Assembly: GCA_963792585.1 (NCBI GenBank)
Contig: CAWBWI010000003.1
Span: forward strand, 384,001-448,000
Direction of reading: 5' to 3'
Source: Candidatus Eiseniibacteriota bacterium
GTDB lineage: Bacteria > Eisenbacteria > RBG-16-71-46 > CAIMUX01 > VGJL01
DNA length: 64,000 bases
Shown here: positions 40,727 through 50,970 of the stretch, in pieces
Position numbering within the stretch: the stretch's first letter is position 1
Layout: each line of letters begins with the position of its first letter
Notes under the pieces: generated by a model
The model's input: the letters and a program-made list of their open reading frames with translations, nothing else
Databases searched by the model: none
Told to the model about the DNA's origin: nothing
Translations under genes and position numbers: made by a program

Positions 40727-41431
40727 TCAAGGTGTTCTTGGAAGGAGGAAGGGTGCCGTCTTCGACGATCCGATCACATCACCATCGCGAAGCGCGATCA
40801 CACGCCAGAAGGGGTACGCGCCCGCGCGAAGCGACGCGGAGTCCTCCGTCTCGAGCGTCCACATGGGGTCGTGTCCTGTCTCGATACGCCTTTGTTCTTC
40901 GAGATCTGCATCCAGAAGGACCACGGCATAGTGGGTCGCCCCTGCCCAGGGACTCCAGCGGAGCGTGATCCGATCATCCTTCCCGAGGGTGGGCTCGTGC
41001 AGCAAGAGTGCGGAGGTCGCAGGTCGCCCATCTTCTCTCAGGACGATTCGATCATCGACGGTCTGCTGCATCTCCCTGAACCCTACGATCGCAAGGAGCA
41101 CGAATCCCACCGCCCACACCGGTCGAAGGACAGGTCGCCAGAGGATGCGCAGGATCGAGCCAATTCCGCCCCTCTCGGCGGTTCGCGCTTCCGGAAGAGA
41201 CTGACTCGCCGTCGGGCCGTAGATCTCGCGGTCCAGGATGGAGGCGAGATGAGCGTCTGCCTGCTCCGCATGAGACCCTGCGGGTTGCGTTTCCGGGTCG
41301 CTGAACGCTTCGAGCGCGGCGACCCGTGCGCGGCATCGGGCACAACGGGCGAGGTGGTGACGGGCAGGATCATCCGGCGGGAGATCCGATATGAGGGGCA
41401 GTCTATCTTCGGCAATGCATCCGAAGTTCAT
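40727..41431 (-). CDS. Zinc-finger (ZAS) anti-sigma-factor-like membrane protein
   Basis: HLARCARC (HxxxCxxC), one TM segment, directly downstream of the ECF sigma gene. Confidence 0.7.
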   Translation of the reverse strand: MNFGCIAEDRLPLISDLPPDDPARHHLARCARCRARVAALEAFSDPETQPAGSHAEQADAHLASILDREIYGPTASQSLPEARTAERGGIGSILRILWRPVLRPVWAVGFVLLAIVGFREMQQTVDDRIVLREDGRPATSALLLHEPTLGKDDRITLRWSPWAGATHYAVVLLDADLEEQRRIETGHDPMWTLETEDSASLRAGAYPFWRVIALRDGDVIGSSKTAPFLLPRTP

Positions 41432-42030
41432 CACGCCTCCTCGGGCGCGGTTCGGCGGGCCGCGATCGCGGCCCGCAACGACCGCCGCGCCCGCTGGAGC
41501 ACTCCTCGCGCCCCCGACGTCTGGCGGATTTTGAGAACTTCCGTGATCATCTCCACCGGCATTCCCTCGAAGCAACGAAGCCAGACGACTTCCTGTTCCG
41601 TATCGTCGAGGTTCTCTGAGATCAGGCGGAGAATCTCCTCTTCATCGAGCTTGCGAACGAGATCCTCGGCGGGATCCAGGTCGGGAGTGGGGATGGCATC
41701 CAGGTCGATCTCCTCTTCAGCCATGAGAGAGGGCCTACGCAGTTCATTGAAGCATCGGTTCTTCGTGATTGCGAAGATCCAGGAGACGAATCGGGATCCG
41801 CTGCGGTACGACCCCAATCCCCGATATGCGTTCAGCAGCGCGTCTTGAGCCAGATCCATGGCCTTCTCGTGGTCTCGCACGTACCGGTAGCACCACACGT
41901 AGACGCGGCGCCGATAGCGACCGAGCAACTCAGACGCCGCGTCCCGCGACTGCGGAGACTGAGGATCTGCGGCCGCGATCCGGGCGAGTTCCTCGTCCGA
42001 CAGCGCCGACCATCCTGCTCCTTCACCCAT
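41431..42030 (-). CDS. ECF-type RNA polymerase sigma-70 factor
   Basis: AMDLAQD, F.SWIFAI..N region 2; region 4 helix-turn-helix. Confidence 0.9.
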   Translation of the reverse strand: MGEGAGWSALSDEELARIAAADPQSPQSRDAASELLGRYRRRVYVWCYRYVRDHEKAMDLAQDALLNAYRGLGSYRSGSRFVSWIFAITKNRCFNELRRPSLMAEEEIDLDAIPTPDLDPAEDLVRKLDEEEILRLISENLDDTEQEVVWLRCFEGMPVEMITEVLKIRQTSGARGVLQRARRSLRAAIAARRTAPEEA

Positions 42031-42246
42031 GTTCGACAGTCGGCCCCCTCAAAAATCACACGAGACCCGTCATTGTTTTCCGCCGACCTCGCGCAGGCTG
42101 GCAGCGCATTGGCCCCGTCCCAGGGATTCGGCTATTAATTGTATCACCAATTGGGGGGATCCAGTGGCGAGATCGCGGTGGGGATTCCTCGACGACCTGG
42201 AGGGCACCATGCACCATCTCTCCGGAAGGAGAGGAACCCTGTTGAT

Positions 42247-44835
42247 CTACGAAAGAACCACTTCCTCCGCCGGTTCGCGGAGATTGTACCGGGAGGACAT
42301 CGAGGCGCCGTACGCTCCGGCGGAAGCGATGAGCAGCACGTCGCCCGTGCGCGGCATGGGCAGCCAGCGGTCGCGTCCCAGAACGTCGCCGCTCTCGCAG
42401 ATCGGACCGACCACCTGGACCCGCGCATCGGCCCGCGCATCGAGGCGGGTGAGATTGACGATCGGATGCCATGCGCCGTAGAGCGCGGGACGGATTAGGG
42501 AGTTCATGCCGGTCGCGACGCCGACGAACGTCGTGTCCCCTTTTCGCCGCACTTGCGTGACCGGTGTGAGCAGGACTCCCGCTTCGCTCACGACGTAGCG
42601 TCCGGGTTCGAGGCGCAGCTCCACCCCGCCGAGAGCGAGCCTGATCGGACGCAAGTTCTCCTCGACGGCGAATAGGTCCAGCTCCGGCTGCCCCGGTCGC
42701 TCGGGCACGCCGAGGCCGCCGCCGAGGTCGACCCATCGGAGGCGTTCCCCGATCGACCGTGCCGCCCCCTGGAGGGCCTGGCCGACCGCGCCCCACGCCG
42801 CGGGATCGAGGACGCCGCTGCCCACGTGCGCGTGGAGACCGATGATGCGGAGGTCCAACGTCGCAGCGGCTTCGAGCATCTCCTCCAGGGACTGCAGGGG
42901 ATGACCGAACTTCGACCGGGATCCGCCGGTGCGCACCTTCTCGTGATGGCCGAGGCCGAATCCGGGATCGATCCGTAGCCCCACGGTGGTCCCTCGAAAG
43001 AGATCTGGAGCCGCGTCGAGCAAGTGCGGGCCGTCGATCGTCACCTCGGCGCCCGCCGAGAAGGCCGCACTGTATTCGTCAAGCGGGCAGAAGTTCGGGG
43101 TGAAGAGGAGCGGCACGGCGCGGCCGAGCACAGATACGGCCCGCGTGATCTCCCCGGCGGACACGCATTCGATCCCCATGCCCGCGGCCGCGACGGTCTC
43201 GAGGATTCGCGGGTGGGGATTGGCCTTCATCGAGTAGTAGAACCGATTGACACTCGGCAGGGCCGCCCGCAGCGTCGCGACGCGGCGACGGATGGTTTCG
43301 AGATGGTAGACGTATCGCGCGGCGCCGTCGGCCGCGAGGGGAAGCAGCTCCGCGCGCAGGGCGCGCCACCAGGGACCTCCGTCCCCCGGATCCGGTTCGT
43401 GCGGCGCCGTCAGCGATTCCCATGTCGGACCCAGCCGGGGGTCGTCCGCACGGTCCAACATGAGCATCTCGTGGAGCCGTTGCACCAGGCCGGGGCCGTC
43501 CGCCTCGTCGACTACGAAGGAGAGGTTCAGGTCTTCGGACGAGTCGCTCACCAGATGGACCGGTTTCTCCTGGAACGCCGCCATCGCAGCTCCCACGACG
43601 GGAAGCACGGAGCGGATCCGGCGACCCACGATCGAGACCACCGCGCATGGATGGGTGACGCGCACCTCTCCGAGCTGCCGAAGACGGTCGAGCAGGCGAC
43701 GAAACGGGGCCCCCTCGATTCCGCCGGGCAATCGATCGATCGTGATGCTCACCGCCGCCTGCGAGGTGCCGACAAGATCGACCGAGATCCCGTTCTCCTC
43801 GAACGGTGCGAAGATCCTCGAGAGGAATCCGGGCATGTTCCACATCGCGACCGTCGAGATGGTGAGCAGGATCACGCCGCTGCGCCCCGTCGTGGCGGTG
43901 ACGGCAGGATGCTCGTCACTCGCGGGCTCGATGAGCGTTCCCGGGATCTCCGGGTGGAGCGTGCTGCGGACGTGGACCGGGATTCCCGCCCGTTCGACCG
44001 GGACGAGACACGGGGGATGAAGGACCTTCGCGCCAAGGGTCGCCAGCTCCCGTGCCTCCCGATAGCCGATGCGGCGAATCAGTCGCGCCGTCGGCACCTG
44101 GTGCGGATTTGCCGTGAAGAGCCCCGGAACATCCGTCCAGATTTCGAGCCTCTCCGCGTCGGCCAGTTCGGCGATCGCGGCCGCGGCGGTGTCACTTCCC
44201 CCGCGGCCGAGCAGGCAGGTTTCCCCATCCGCCGTGCGTGCGAGGAATCCCTGGGTGAGAATCAGATCCGCGCCATGCGCGATCAGCTCCACGCGTTCCG
44301 GGTCCGATCGTGGCTGGGCGGCTGCCTCGAGATAGCGCTGTTCCGGCGAGTCCCACGGCGCGTCGACGGCCTCGATCAATTCCCGCGCGTCCACCCAGCG
44401 GGCGCGCAGCCCGTGACGCGCGAGGATAGGCACGCCCAGGGTGGTCGATGCAAGTTCCCCCGTGGAAGCGACGAGCGCCGAGATGCGGGGTGAAGCCTCT
44501 CCGGTCAGGTGGATTCCTCGAAGCCAGCTTCGTGCCGCATCGAAGAGAGGAACCAAAGCTCCGCGTTCGGCCGGGTCGACTCCCGCTTCATCGGCGAGAC
44601 GCATGTGCAGCGCCTCGATCCACCCGAGTGCGGCGGGTTCTTGCCCCCTCTTCGACTCCTCGATCGCGGTGAAGAGCCCGTTGGTGACGCCCGCGATCGC
44701 CGAGCAGACCACGATGACTCGGTTGTTCTGCAGGCGCGACGCGACCTGATCCGCGATGATCTTCCATCGATCTGCAGCCGCGACCGAGGTGCCGCCGAAC
44801 TTCATCACGATGAATTTGCGGCGCGTGGGGTTCAT
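42247..44835 (-). CDS. lysAC: Bifunctional aspartate kinase / diaminopimelate decarboxylase
   Basis: MKFGGTSV, LGRGGSD and ACT domains, then YSMKAN, HAHVGSG, EPGRY, GPICESGD, GAYG. Confidence 0.93.
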   Translation of the reverse strand: MNPTRRKFIVMKFGGTSVAAADRWKIIADQVASRLQNNRVIVVCSAIAGVTNGLFTAIEESKRGQEPAALGWIEALHMRLADEAGVDPAERGALVPLFDAARSWLRGIHLTGEASPRISALVASTGELASTTLGVPILARHGLRARWVDARELIEAVDAPWDSPEQRYLEAAAQPRSDPERVELIAHGADLILTQGFLARTADGETCLLGRGGSDTAAAAIAELADAERLEIWTDVPGLFTANPHQVPTARLIRRIGYREARELATLGAKVLHPPCLVPVERAGIPVHVRSTLHPEIPGTLIEPASDEHPAVTATTGRSGVILLTISTVAMWNMPGFLSRIFAPFEENGISVDLVGTSQAAVSITIDRLPGGIEGAPFRRLLDRLRQLGEVRVTHPCAVVSIVGRRIRSVLPVVGAAMAAFQEKPVHLVSDSSEDLNLSFVVDEADGPGLVQRLHEMLMLDRADDPRLGPTWESLTAPHEPDPGDGGPWWRALRAELLPLAADGAARYVYHLETIRRRVATLRAALPSVNRFYYSMKANPHPRILETVAAAGMGIECVSAGEITRAVSVLGRAVPLLFTPNFCPLDEYSAAFSAGAEVTIDGPHLLDAAPDLFRGTTVGLRIDPGFGLGHHEKVRTGGSRSKFGHPLQSLEEMLEAAATLDLRIIGLHAHVGSGVLDPAAWGAVGQALQGAARSIGERLRWVDLGGGLGVPERPGQPELDLFAVEENLRPIRLALGGVELRLEPGRYVVSEAGVLLTPVTQVRRKGDTTFVGVATGMNSLIRPALYGAWHPIVNLTRLDARADARVQVVGPICESGDVLGRDRWLPMPRTGDVLLIASAGAYGASMSSRYNLREPAEEVVLS

Positions 44836-45152
44836 CGCGAGCTCCTTCCCTTCGGTCGAATCCATGCGTGCGTGCGACGTCGGGTCGTCCCACGCACGGA
44901 TGGGGAATCTCAGCACGAGGCGAAGGAAAGGTCAACGAACCTCTGGCGGTTGAAGCCTGCGGGCACGACGACCGCGAAAACGAGCCGGACGGACGGGATG
45001 CAGATCCGTCCGCCCGACGACGCGGGAAGGAAGATCCGAGGCAGGACGGTTGGCATGGGTATGAGACCAACCGCGGAGGGTTCTCTCGTTCCCATCGTCG
45101 ACGGATGCGATCGTCGCACGGCGATCGTCGACGAGAGAGCCCTCCCGATCGC

Positions 45153-45662
45153 CTAGTGGTCGCCGAACCCCTCCTGACACCCCGGCGGTGGCGGAACCGC
45201 GTAGTGGTCGGTCCTTAGAGTGTACGTGTCATTGGTGGTGTACTGGCTAACCAGGCCGCACATGCCAAGGCCATAGCAGGCGGTCCCGCCGGGCCCCGGG
45301 CCGGCACCGCTGTCAACCGTCAGCACGAAGTCGGGACCGATCTTCTGAATCGTGAGGGGGAAATAGTACTGCGTGCAGACCCCGATGACCGCGGGCACAT
45401 AGACGAAGATCCGACCACCGACCTGGGGAATCGAAAAGGTGAAGGTCGCGATTCCGTTCGCATCCGTCACGCCCGAGTAGGGGAAGAGCGGATGCCCTGC
45501 GAATACCACGACGTCTATTCCGGCCCAGGGAGCCGTGCCGGCGCCGTTTTGGAGCTCAACCGACATCGTGTAGGTCTGCTGCCCATATGCCGTGGACACG
45601 CAAATCCCGCCGATCATGGCGATGAAACAGAACCAAACCGCAACACGGGAAAGAGCATTCAT
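45153..45662 (-). CDS. Secreted hypothetical protein (Cys-containing, beta-rich)
   Basis: GGAGG RBS, signal peptide ending AYG, TDANGIATF motif. Confidence 0.65.
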   Translation of the reverse strand: MNALSRVAVWFCFIAMIGGICVSTAYGQQTYTMSVELQNGAGTAPWAGIDVVVFAGHPLFPYSGVTDANGIATFTFSIPQVGGRIFVYVPAVIGVCTQYYFPLTIQKIGPDFVLTVDSGAGPGPGGTACYGLGMCGLVSQYTTNDTYTLRTDHYAVPPPPGCQEGFGDH

Positions 45663-45722
45663 GCTCGACCTCCATCCTGGTACTACGACTTGCGGAGCGC
45701 CCGAAGACCACCTTCGGGTCCC

Positions 45723-48671
45723 CTACCCCAAACGGTCCCTCCCCGGCGGTGGGCCGCCGGCGTGGGAATGTAGAAGGAGAAGCGCGCGCGCCTCGATCCA
45801 GCGGCAACGCGCTTCTCGGGCGAGATCGATGCACCGCCGAATGGTCTCCGTGCATCGAGGGTCCGCCGCGGCCAAGCGATGACAGCTCTCCTCAAGGAGA
45901 GCAAAGGCGCAGAAGAATGGGTCGGCCGCCGCTCCTTCAACGCGTTCCCGCGCCGCGAGCGCATGATTGGCCGCCGCGACCGAATCGCCCTCCACCTCCG
46001 CAAGTCTCGAAAGCGCGAGACAGAACCATCCGGCCAGATCCGGCGCGTCGGGGATCGATCCAAGAGACTCTCGACAGCGTTCGGCCGGGGTTCCGGCGAG
46101 CAGGCGGTGAACGGAGGCGTGGATCCGATATCCAACCTGGAAACGTACGCTTCCGTCGGGCCCGATCATCTCTCCGAGCCAGCGAAGGAGATCCTCGTCC
46201 CAAGGCTTTCGGCGGTACCAGACGCGGGCTTCGAGCAACGTGAGTCCCACGCCGATCGCCTCGGCAACCGGACCGTGATCGCGCGCCAGCTCGAGCGCCT
46301 GTGCGGCCACCCCCTCGGCTTCCGGAATTCGTCCGGAACGCAACAGCGCGTGGGTGAGCTGGGTGAGACTGCGGATCGCGTGCCCGTGATTTCCGGTTTG
46401 CATCGCGATGCCGAGGGCGCGACGCGCGTGATCCGCCGCCACATCCCATTCTCTTTCCATCATCGAAAGTTGAGCGAAGTTGAGGTGCACACGGAGTTCG
46501 AGACCCCGCTGTCCTTCGTGGCGGGCAACCTCCAGGGCCTTGGCAAGGTGCTCACGGGCCGTCGAGGAGTCTCCGGCCCGCCCCACCACCGCCGCCAGGT
46601 TCAAGTGAGCGGAAGCTGTCTGAAACGCGAATCCCGTCGATTCACTCCCGGTGAGGGCCGACAGAAGTACCCGGTGGGCTTCTTCCATCTCTCCTCGATA
46701 GTAGAGCCCGGCTCCCAGAGTCAGGCGGGCGGTCGCCGCATACCGGGCATCTCGGGCCGCGTCGAGGTATACGCAAGCCTCGCGGGCGGCCTCGATCCCC
46801 TCGGTGATCCGATTCGCGTCGCTGACCCATGTCTGGGCGCGGTGGAGCAGCAGCCTCCCGGTGATCTCCGGGAATTCCTCGGCGCACCGCAACCCCTTGT
46901 CCACATGATGCAGGACTTCCTCGCTCATGCGCGTTCGCTGCCGAAGCTCCGCCATCCGCTGGTGGTAGCGCGCGTGATCCCGGGTGGAGGTTGCGATTTC
47001 CGGGAGGATTCCTAGCCACTCCTCCGCCTCCGCATACCGGTCGGCGAAGTTCAAGGAAGCGGCATACTCCTCGACGCGCGTGAAGAGGTCGCCTCCGGCC
47101 CACTTCTCGTGCGGGGGGGCGCCGTCCGCCTGCCGGTCCACGCTCGGCAATGGAAGCGCCGGCACGGAGCGTCCTCGAAGCTGCCGGGTTCCGCAGGTGC
47201 AACTCCACGCCTGCCCGAGAAGCCGGACGGCTTCCTCGTTGCGTCCCGAGCCGAGGGCCCGATGGCCGCCGGCGAAGTAGGCTTCCGCCGCCGGTCCGTT
47301 CTCACCGGCACGCTCGTGGTGCCACGCGAGTTTCGAGAGGGCCGCGATGGAGAGCTCCGGCATGCGCGACATACCCTCGGAGATCCCGCCGGCGAGGGCG
47401 CGGTGGATCGATCGCGCAAAGGACGGGTCGAGCCGATCTACAATCTCCGACCAGATCTCGGTCGAACCGAACTGCACCCCCGGCAGTCCTTCGCCACGAT
47501 CGACCTTCCGGAGGAGTCCGAACTCGGCGCAGCCCGCCAGCGCATCGGGGAGGCCATCCATGGTCGGAGTGCCGACCGAATCGGGGGAGAGTGTGGGGGC
47601 GAGTCCTGCGAGCAAGGCGATCTCCGGTTCCGAGATGCTCTCTCCGAGCTGCGCGACGAGCGACAGGGTGGTCGACACCGGCGTGGGCAGGGCCGTCACA
47701 AGTGAACGAACCACTGCCCGGGTCGCGACTCGCATAGTCTCCTTCGATCTTCGCCAGCAATCGAGCTCGATGTGCGACCACGGGTCAGTGGTTTCCTTGG
47801 GCAGCCAATCCCGCCAGATCCGTTGCGCGAGCTGCCGGTTACCACCGCTCGAGAGAAGCAACTCTCCTGCCAACTCGTGTGCCTCGACCCAATCACAACC
47901 AAGATATGCGTGAATTCCGATGGCCAGAGTGTCGAGGCGGATCGATCCCCTCGTCCAGCCCGCGTAGGCGAGGTCGGGATCGGGGATCCTGCCGGGCCCG
48001 GCGATCGCCCGAAAGCAGGTCACGATCTCGTCGGTCCGCGCCGGCCGACCGGATGGGGAGGGGGCCAGCATCCGATCCAGCGTCGAACGGAGACCCTCCG
48101 GCTGAGGGGCGAGGCCGGTCAAAGTGCGCGCGAGGGAGTAGAGGTCGCTGCGTGGATCCGCCGGCCAGCCGCTCAACCGCTCAGGAGCGACGTAGCCTGC
48201 GGTTCCTCCCGCTTCTTCGAAGCCCAGATCGTAGCCAGAGCGGCATGCGCGGTCGAAATCGACGATGCGGGCGGGACCATCCGGGGGAAACAGGATGTGC
48301 TGAGGCTTGATGTCGCCGTGCACGACCCCCCAGCGATGGAGGTGACAGAGGGCGCGTGCGATTTCGGTGATCCAACCTAGCTCCTCGCCCCTGGAGCCCG
48401 GCCGGCGGTCTCCGTCGATCCACTCAACTGCAAGCCAGTACGAATCGCCTTTACGATTGAGCCGGATGAAGCGGGGGGTGAAAGGGGATGCCACTCTGAC
48501 AAGGAGTCGAGCTTCACGCAGGGCCGATCGTCGATGCCGCGCTTGCTTCAGGAGGACCCGGCTCCCCGTGCCGCGGTCGATCGCGCGGGCCGCAGGAAGG
48601 GGCGTCGTCCGCAGCACCTGCTCGATTTCGAACATCTCGGCGAAGTCCGGACGACTTATCACGCTGGTCAC
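45723..48671 (-). CDS. Ser/Thr protein kinase-like domain fused to TPR repeats
   Basis: HGDIKPQH, IVDFD, GTAGYVAPE, SDLYSL; C-terminal TPR-like helices. Confidence 0.8.
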   Translation of the reverse strand: MTSVISRPDFAEMFEIEQVLRTTPLPAARAIDRGTGSRVLLKQARHRRSALREARLLVRVASPFTPRFIRLNRKGDSYWLAVEWIDGDRRPGSRGEELGWITEIARALCHLHRWGVVHGDIKPQHILFPPDGPARIVDFDRACRSGYDLGFEEAGGTAGYVAPERLSGWPADPRSDLYSLARTLTGLAPQPEGLRSTLDRMLAPSPSGRPARTDEIVTCFRAIAGPGRIPDPDLAYAGWTRGSIRLDTLAIGIHAYLGCDWVEAHELAGELLLSSGGNRQLAQRIWRDWLPKETTDPWSHIELDCWRRSKETMRVATRAVVRSLVTALPTPVSTTLSLVAQLGESISEPEIALLAGLAPTLSPDSVGTPTMDGLPDALAGCAEFGLLRKVDRGEGLPGVQFGSTEIWSEIVDRLDPSFARSIHRALAGGISEGMSRMPELSIAALSKLAWHHERAGENGPAAEAYFAGGHRALGSGRNEEAVRLLGQAWSCTCGTRQLRGRSVPALPLPSVDRQADGAPPHEKWAGGDLFTRVEEYAASLNFADRYAEAEEWLGILPEIATSTRDHARYHQRMAELRQRTRMSEEVLHHVDKGLRCAEEFPEITGRLLLHRAQTWVSDANRITEGIEAAREACVYLDAARDARYAATARLTLGAGLYYRGEMEEAHRVLLSALTGSESTGFAFQTASAHLNLAAVVGRAGDSSTAREHLAKALEVARHEGQRGLELRVHLNFAQLSMMEREWDVAADHARRALGIAMQTGNHGHAIRSLTQLTHALLRSGRIPEAEGVAAQALELARDHGPVAEAIGVGLTLLEARVWYRRKPWDEDLLRWLGEMIGPDGSVRFQVGYRIHASVHRLLAGTPAERCRESLGSIPDAPDLAGWFCLALSRLAEVEGDSVAAANHALAARERVEGAAADPFFCAFALLEESCHRLAAADPRCTETIRRCIDLAREARCRWIEARALLLLHSHAGGPPPGRDRLG

Positions 48672-48866
48672 GTGCTCCAGTCTGGCTGCCGACTCCGTAT
48701 CTCTATTCGAATTTAGGGGTTCCGAGGTTCGTACACCCGAATCGAGTGTCTGTTCGGAATCGAACAGACAATGCTCGATATCGCACAGTACAGCGGGCGA
48801 ATTCTGTCATGAATCGGAGCGAAATCCAAGCAGACGAGGGGAGAACCGAAGAAACGAGAGTCTCGG

Positions 48867-50492
48867 CTAACTCTGGGTGCGTCCGAGTCCCAGCTTGTGC
48901 ATTCGACGGATCAGGGCATTGCGGTGGATGCCGAGGATCTCCGCCGCCCGGAGCTGGTTGTTGTCCGCGCGCAGGAGGGCCTCGCGGATCGACCACTCTT
49001 CCATTTCCGCGAGGGTCAGTTGACCCACCGGGAGGAGCGGCTTCTGCATCGCGCCGCCGTTGACCTCGAGGATCCCGGCGACATCCTGAGCGTCGATGGT
49101 ATCTCCTTGGGCGAGCACGATCGTCCGTTTCACGAAGTGCTCGAGCTCTCGGATGTTCCCTTTCCATGGTCGCGACAGGAGCATCCGCATCGCCCCCGGC
49201 GTGAAACGGATCCTCCGGTTCGAGCCCCTCTCGAGATGGGTCGTCAGGAAGTGCTGGACCAAAACGGGAATGTCCGTACTCCGTTCTCGTAAGGCGGGGA
49301 CCCGAAGCACAACCACATTCAATCGATAGAAGAGATCCTCGCGGAACTTACCTTCGGCGACGGCCCGCTCGAGATCGACACTCGTTGCGCTCAGGAGCCG
49401 AAAATCGACCTTGAACTCACGATTCGATCCGACCGGCCGGACGACGCCATCCTCCAGGACCCGGAGAAGCTTCGCCTGGAGTCGATAGTCGAGATCGGCG
49501 ATCTCGTCGAGGAACAAGGTCCCGCCATCGGCCAGACGGAACAGTCCGTCGCGCGAGGTATGGGCTCCAGTGAACGCACCCTTGGCATGGCCGAAGAACT
49601 CGCTCTCCAAGAGCTCTACCGGAATCGCGGCTGAGTTCTGGGCGACGAACGGCCCCTCTCGGCGGGAACTCACGCGATGAAGAGCGCGTGCCGCCATCTC
49701 CTTGCCCGATCCGACCTCACCCTGAAGGAGAACCGGGAAGTCCGTCTGCCCCACCCTGCGAATGGAGTCGAGCAACAACCGCATCGGCTCGCTTCGTCCG
49801 ATGATCTCCGGAAACTGCTCGTGGTGGCTCAACTCATGAACCAGTCGAAGGTGGCTTCGGGAGAGCTTGGCGAACCGCTCGGCGTTCTGGATTGCCACTG
49901 CGGCCAGACCGGCGAGAATAGTGACGAAGCGAATCGCCTCGGGTCCTATTCGGGTTCCGGATTGTCGGTTGTCCAGATAGATCGCGCCGCACACCCGATC
50001 CCCATCGCAAACGGGGATGCAGAGCAGGGATCGAATCTGATGAAGCGATAGACTCTGGATTTCGCGGAACTGAGGGTCTTCCATCACATCCGCCGTGTGG
50101 ACCGCCTGACGATTGCGCGCCCACTCGATCACCGTTCGCGAGACCCGCTCCGCCTCGTCGACCGCCTGCATCTCGAGGCCCCGAACCGCCCAAGGGTGAC
50201 TTTCCCCGGTACTCGGATCGAAATAGAAGAAGATCCCCCGCTCCGCACGGGAATGCCGGAGCGCAACATCGAGGATGAGCGGAAGGAGCTCGTCGAGATC
50301 GAGGGTGCCATGGATGGATCGTGTGACCTCGAACAGACGATCGAGATCGTTGCTCTCCGCCATCCCGGAAACCTGTTGCTGCGACGGTTGCATGTCCAGG
50401 TCCCCAAGCAGGTTCCGTGCCCGCTCGAGGTCATCCTGGAGTCGCTCGGGATCGCCGCCGGATTCCGTGGATGGTTCCTTGCCGTTCGTCAT
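48867..50492 (-). CDS. GAF-domain sigma54-dependent transcriptional activator (Fis-type HTH)
   Basis: GEVGSGKE, ESEFFGHAKGAFTGA, LFLDEI, FREDLFYRL, WKGNIREL; GAF domain and HTH. Confidence 0.92.
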   Translation of the reverse strand: MTNGKEPSTESGGDPERLQDDLERARNLLGDLDMQPSQQQVSGMAESNDLDRLFEVTRSIHGTLDLDELLPLILDVALRHSRAERGIFFYFDPSTGESHPWAVRGLEMQAVDEAERVSRTVIEWARNRQAVHTADVMEDPQFREIQSLSLHQIRSLLCIPVCDGDRVCGAIYLDNRQSGTRIGPEAIRFVTILAGLAAVAIQNAERFAKLSRSHLRLVHELSHHEQFPEIIGRSEPMRLLLDSIRRVGQTDFPVLLQGEVGSGKEMAARALHRVSSRREGPFVAQNSAAIPVELLESEFFGHAKGAFTGAHTSRDGLFRLADGGTLFLDEIADLDYRLQAKLLRVLEDGVVRPVGSNREFKVDFRLLSATSVDLERAVAEGKFREDLFYRLNVVVLRVPALRERSTDIPVLVQHFLTTHLERGSNRRIRFTPGAMRMLLSRPWKGNIRELEHFVKRTIVLAQGDTIDAQDVAGILEVNGGAMQKPLLPVGQLTLAEMEEWSIREALLRADNNQLRAAEILGIHRNALIRRMHKLGLGRTQS

Positions 50493-50970
50493 CAGGGTCC
50501 AAGTCTACCACGCGTGGCAGACCGCGCCCGGCGGGGATCGCAGCAGGCGCGCGGCTGTTCGGATCCGACCTCGCGCGTTCGATGGAGAACAGTTCCGCGG
50601 GCCGGAACCACCACCTCGATCCGCTCCGGAATCCGCGCAGGTGCCTACGGATGAGTTGGTTCCGGCGATCGCCGGAAGCACGACCTCGAACGGCACAGCC
50701 GATGCTGAGTGACTCTCCATGACCGGTGAACGCCGGCCGGGGCGCCGGGCAGGACGGTGTCGCGCGTCGACGCACTCGTGGGCAGCGCGCGCGCCCATCA
50801 CGCTCTTCACCGGATGGGCAGGTCTGCTCCCATGGAAAAGGCCATTGGGGAAATGGAGCTCTTCCGATTTGGGCCGGGAGTGTGCCTTCCCGAAGAGGGG
50901 GTTACGGGTTCCACCATAGGGTCTCAAGCGGTCACCGGCGTTCGTCGCCGGTTTCAAACAGGAGGAGACG

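Noticed and set aside
44840..45150. Lysine riboswitch or attenuator upstream of lysAC
   Set aside because: No recognisable L-box motifs and no Lys-rich leader peptide.
50870..50886. Sigma54 promoter (GG-N10-GC) upstream of the S8 peptidase
   Set aside because: The spacing fits but the match to TGGCAC-N5-TTGC is too weak to call.
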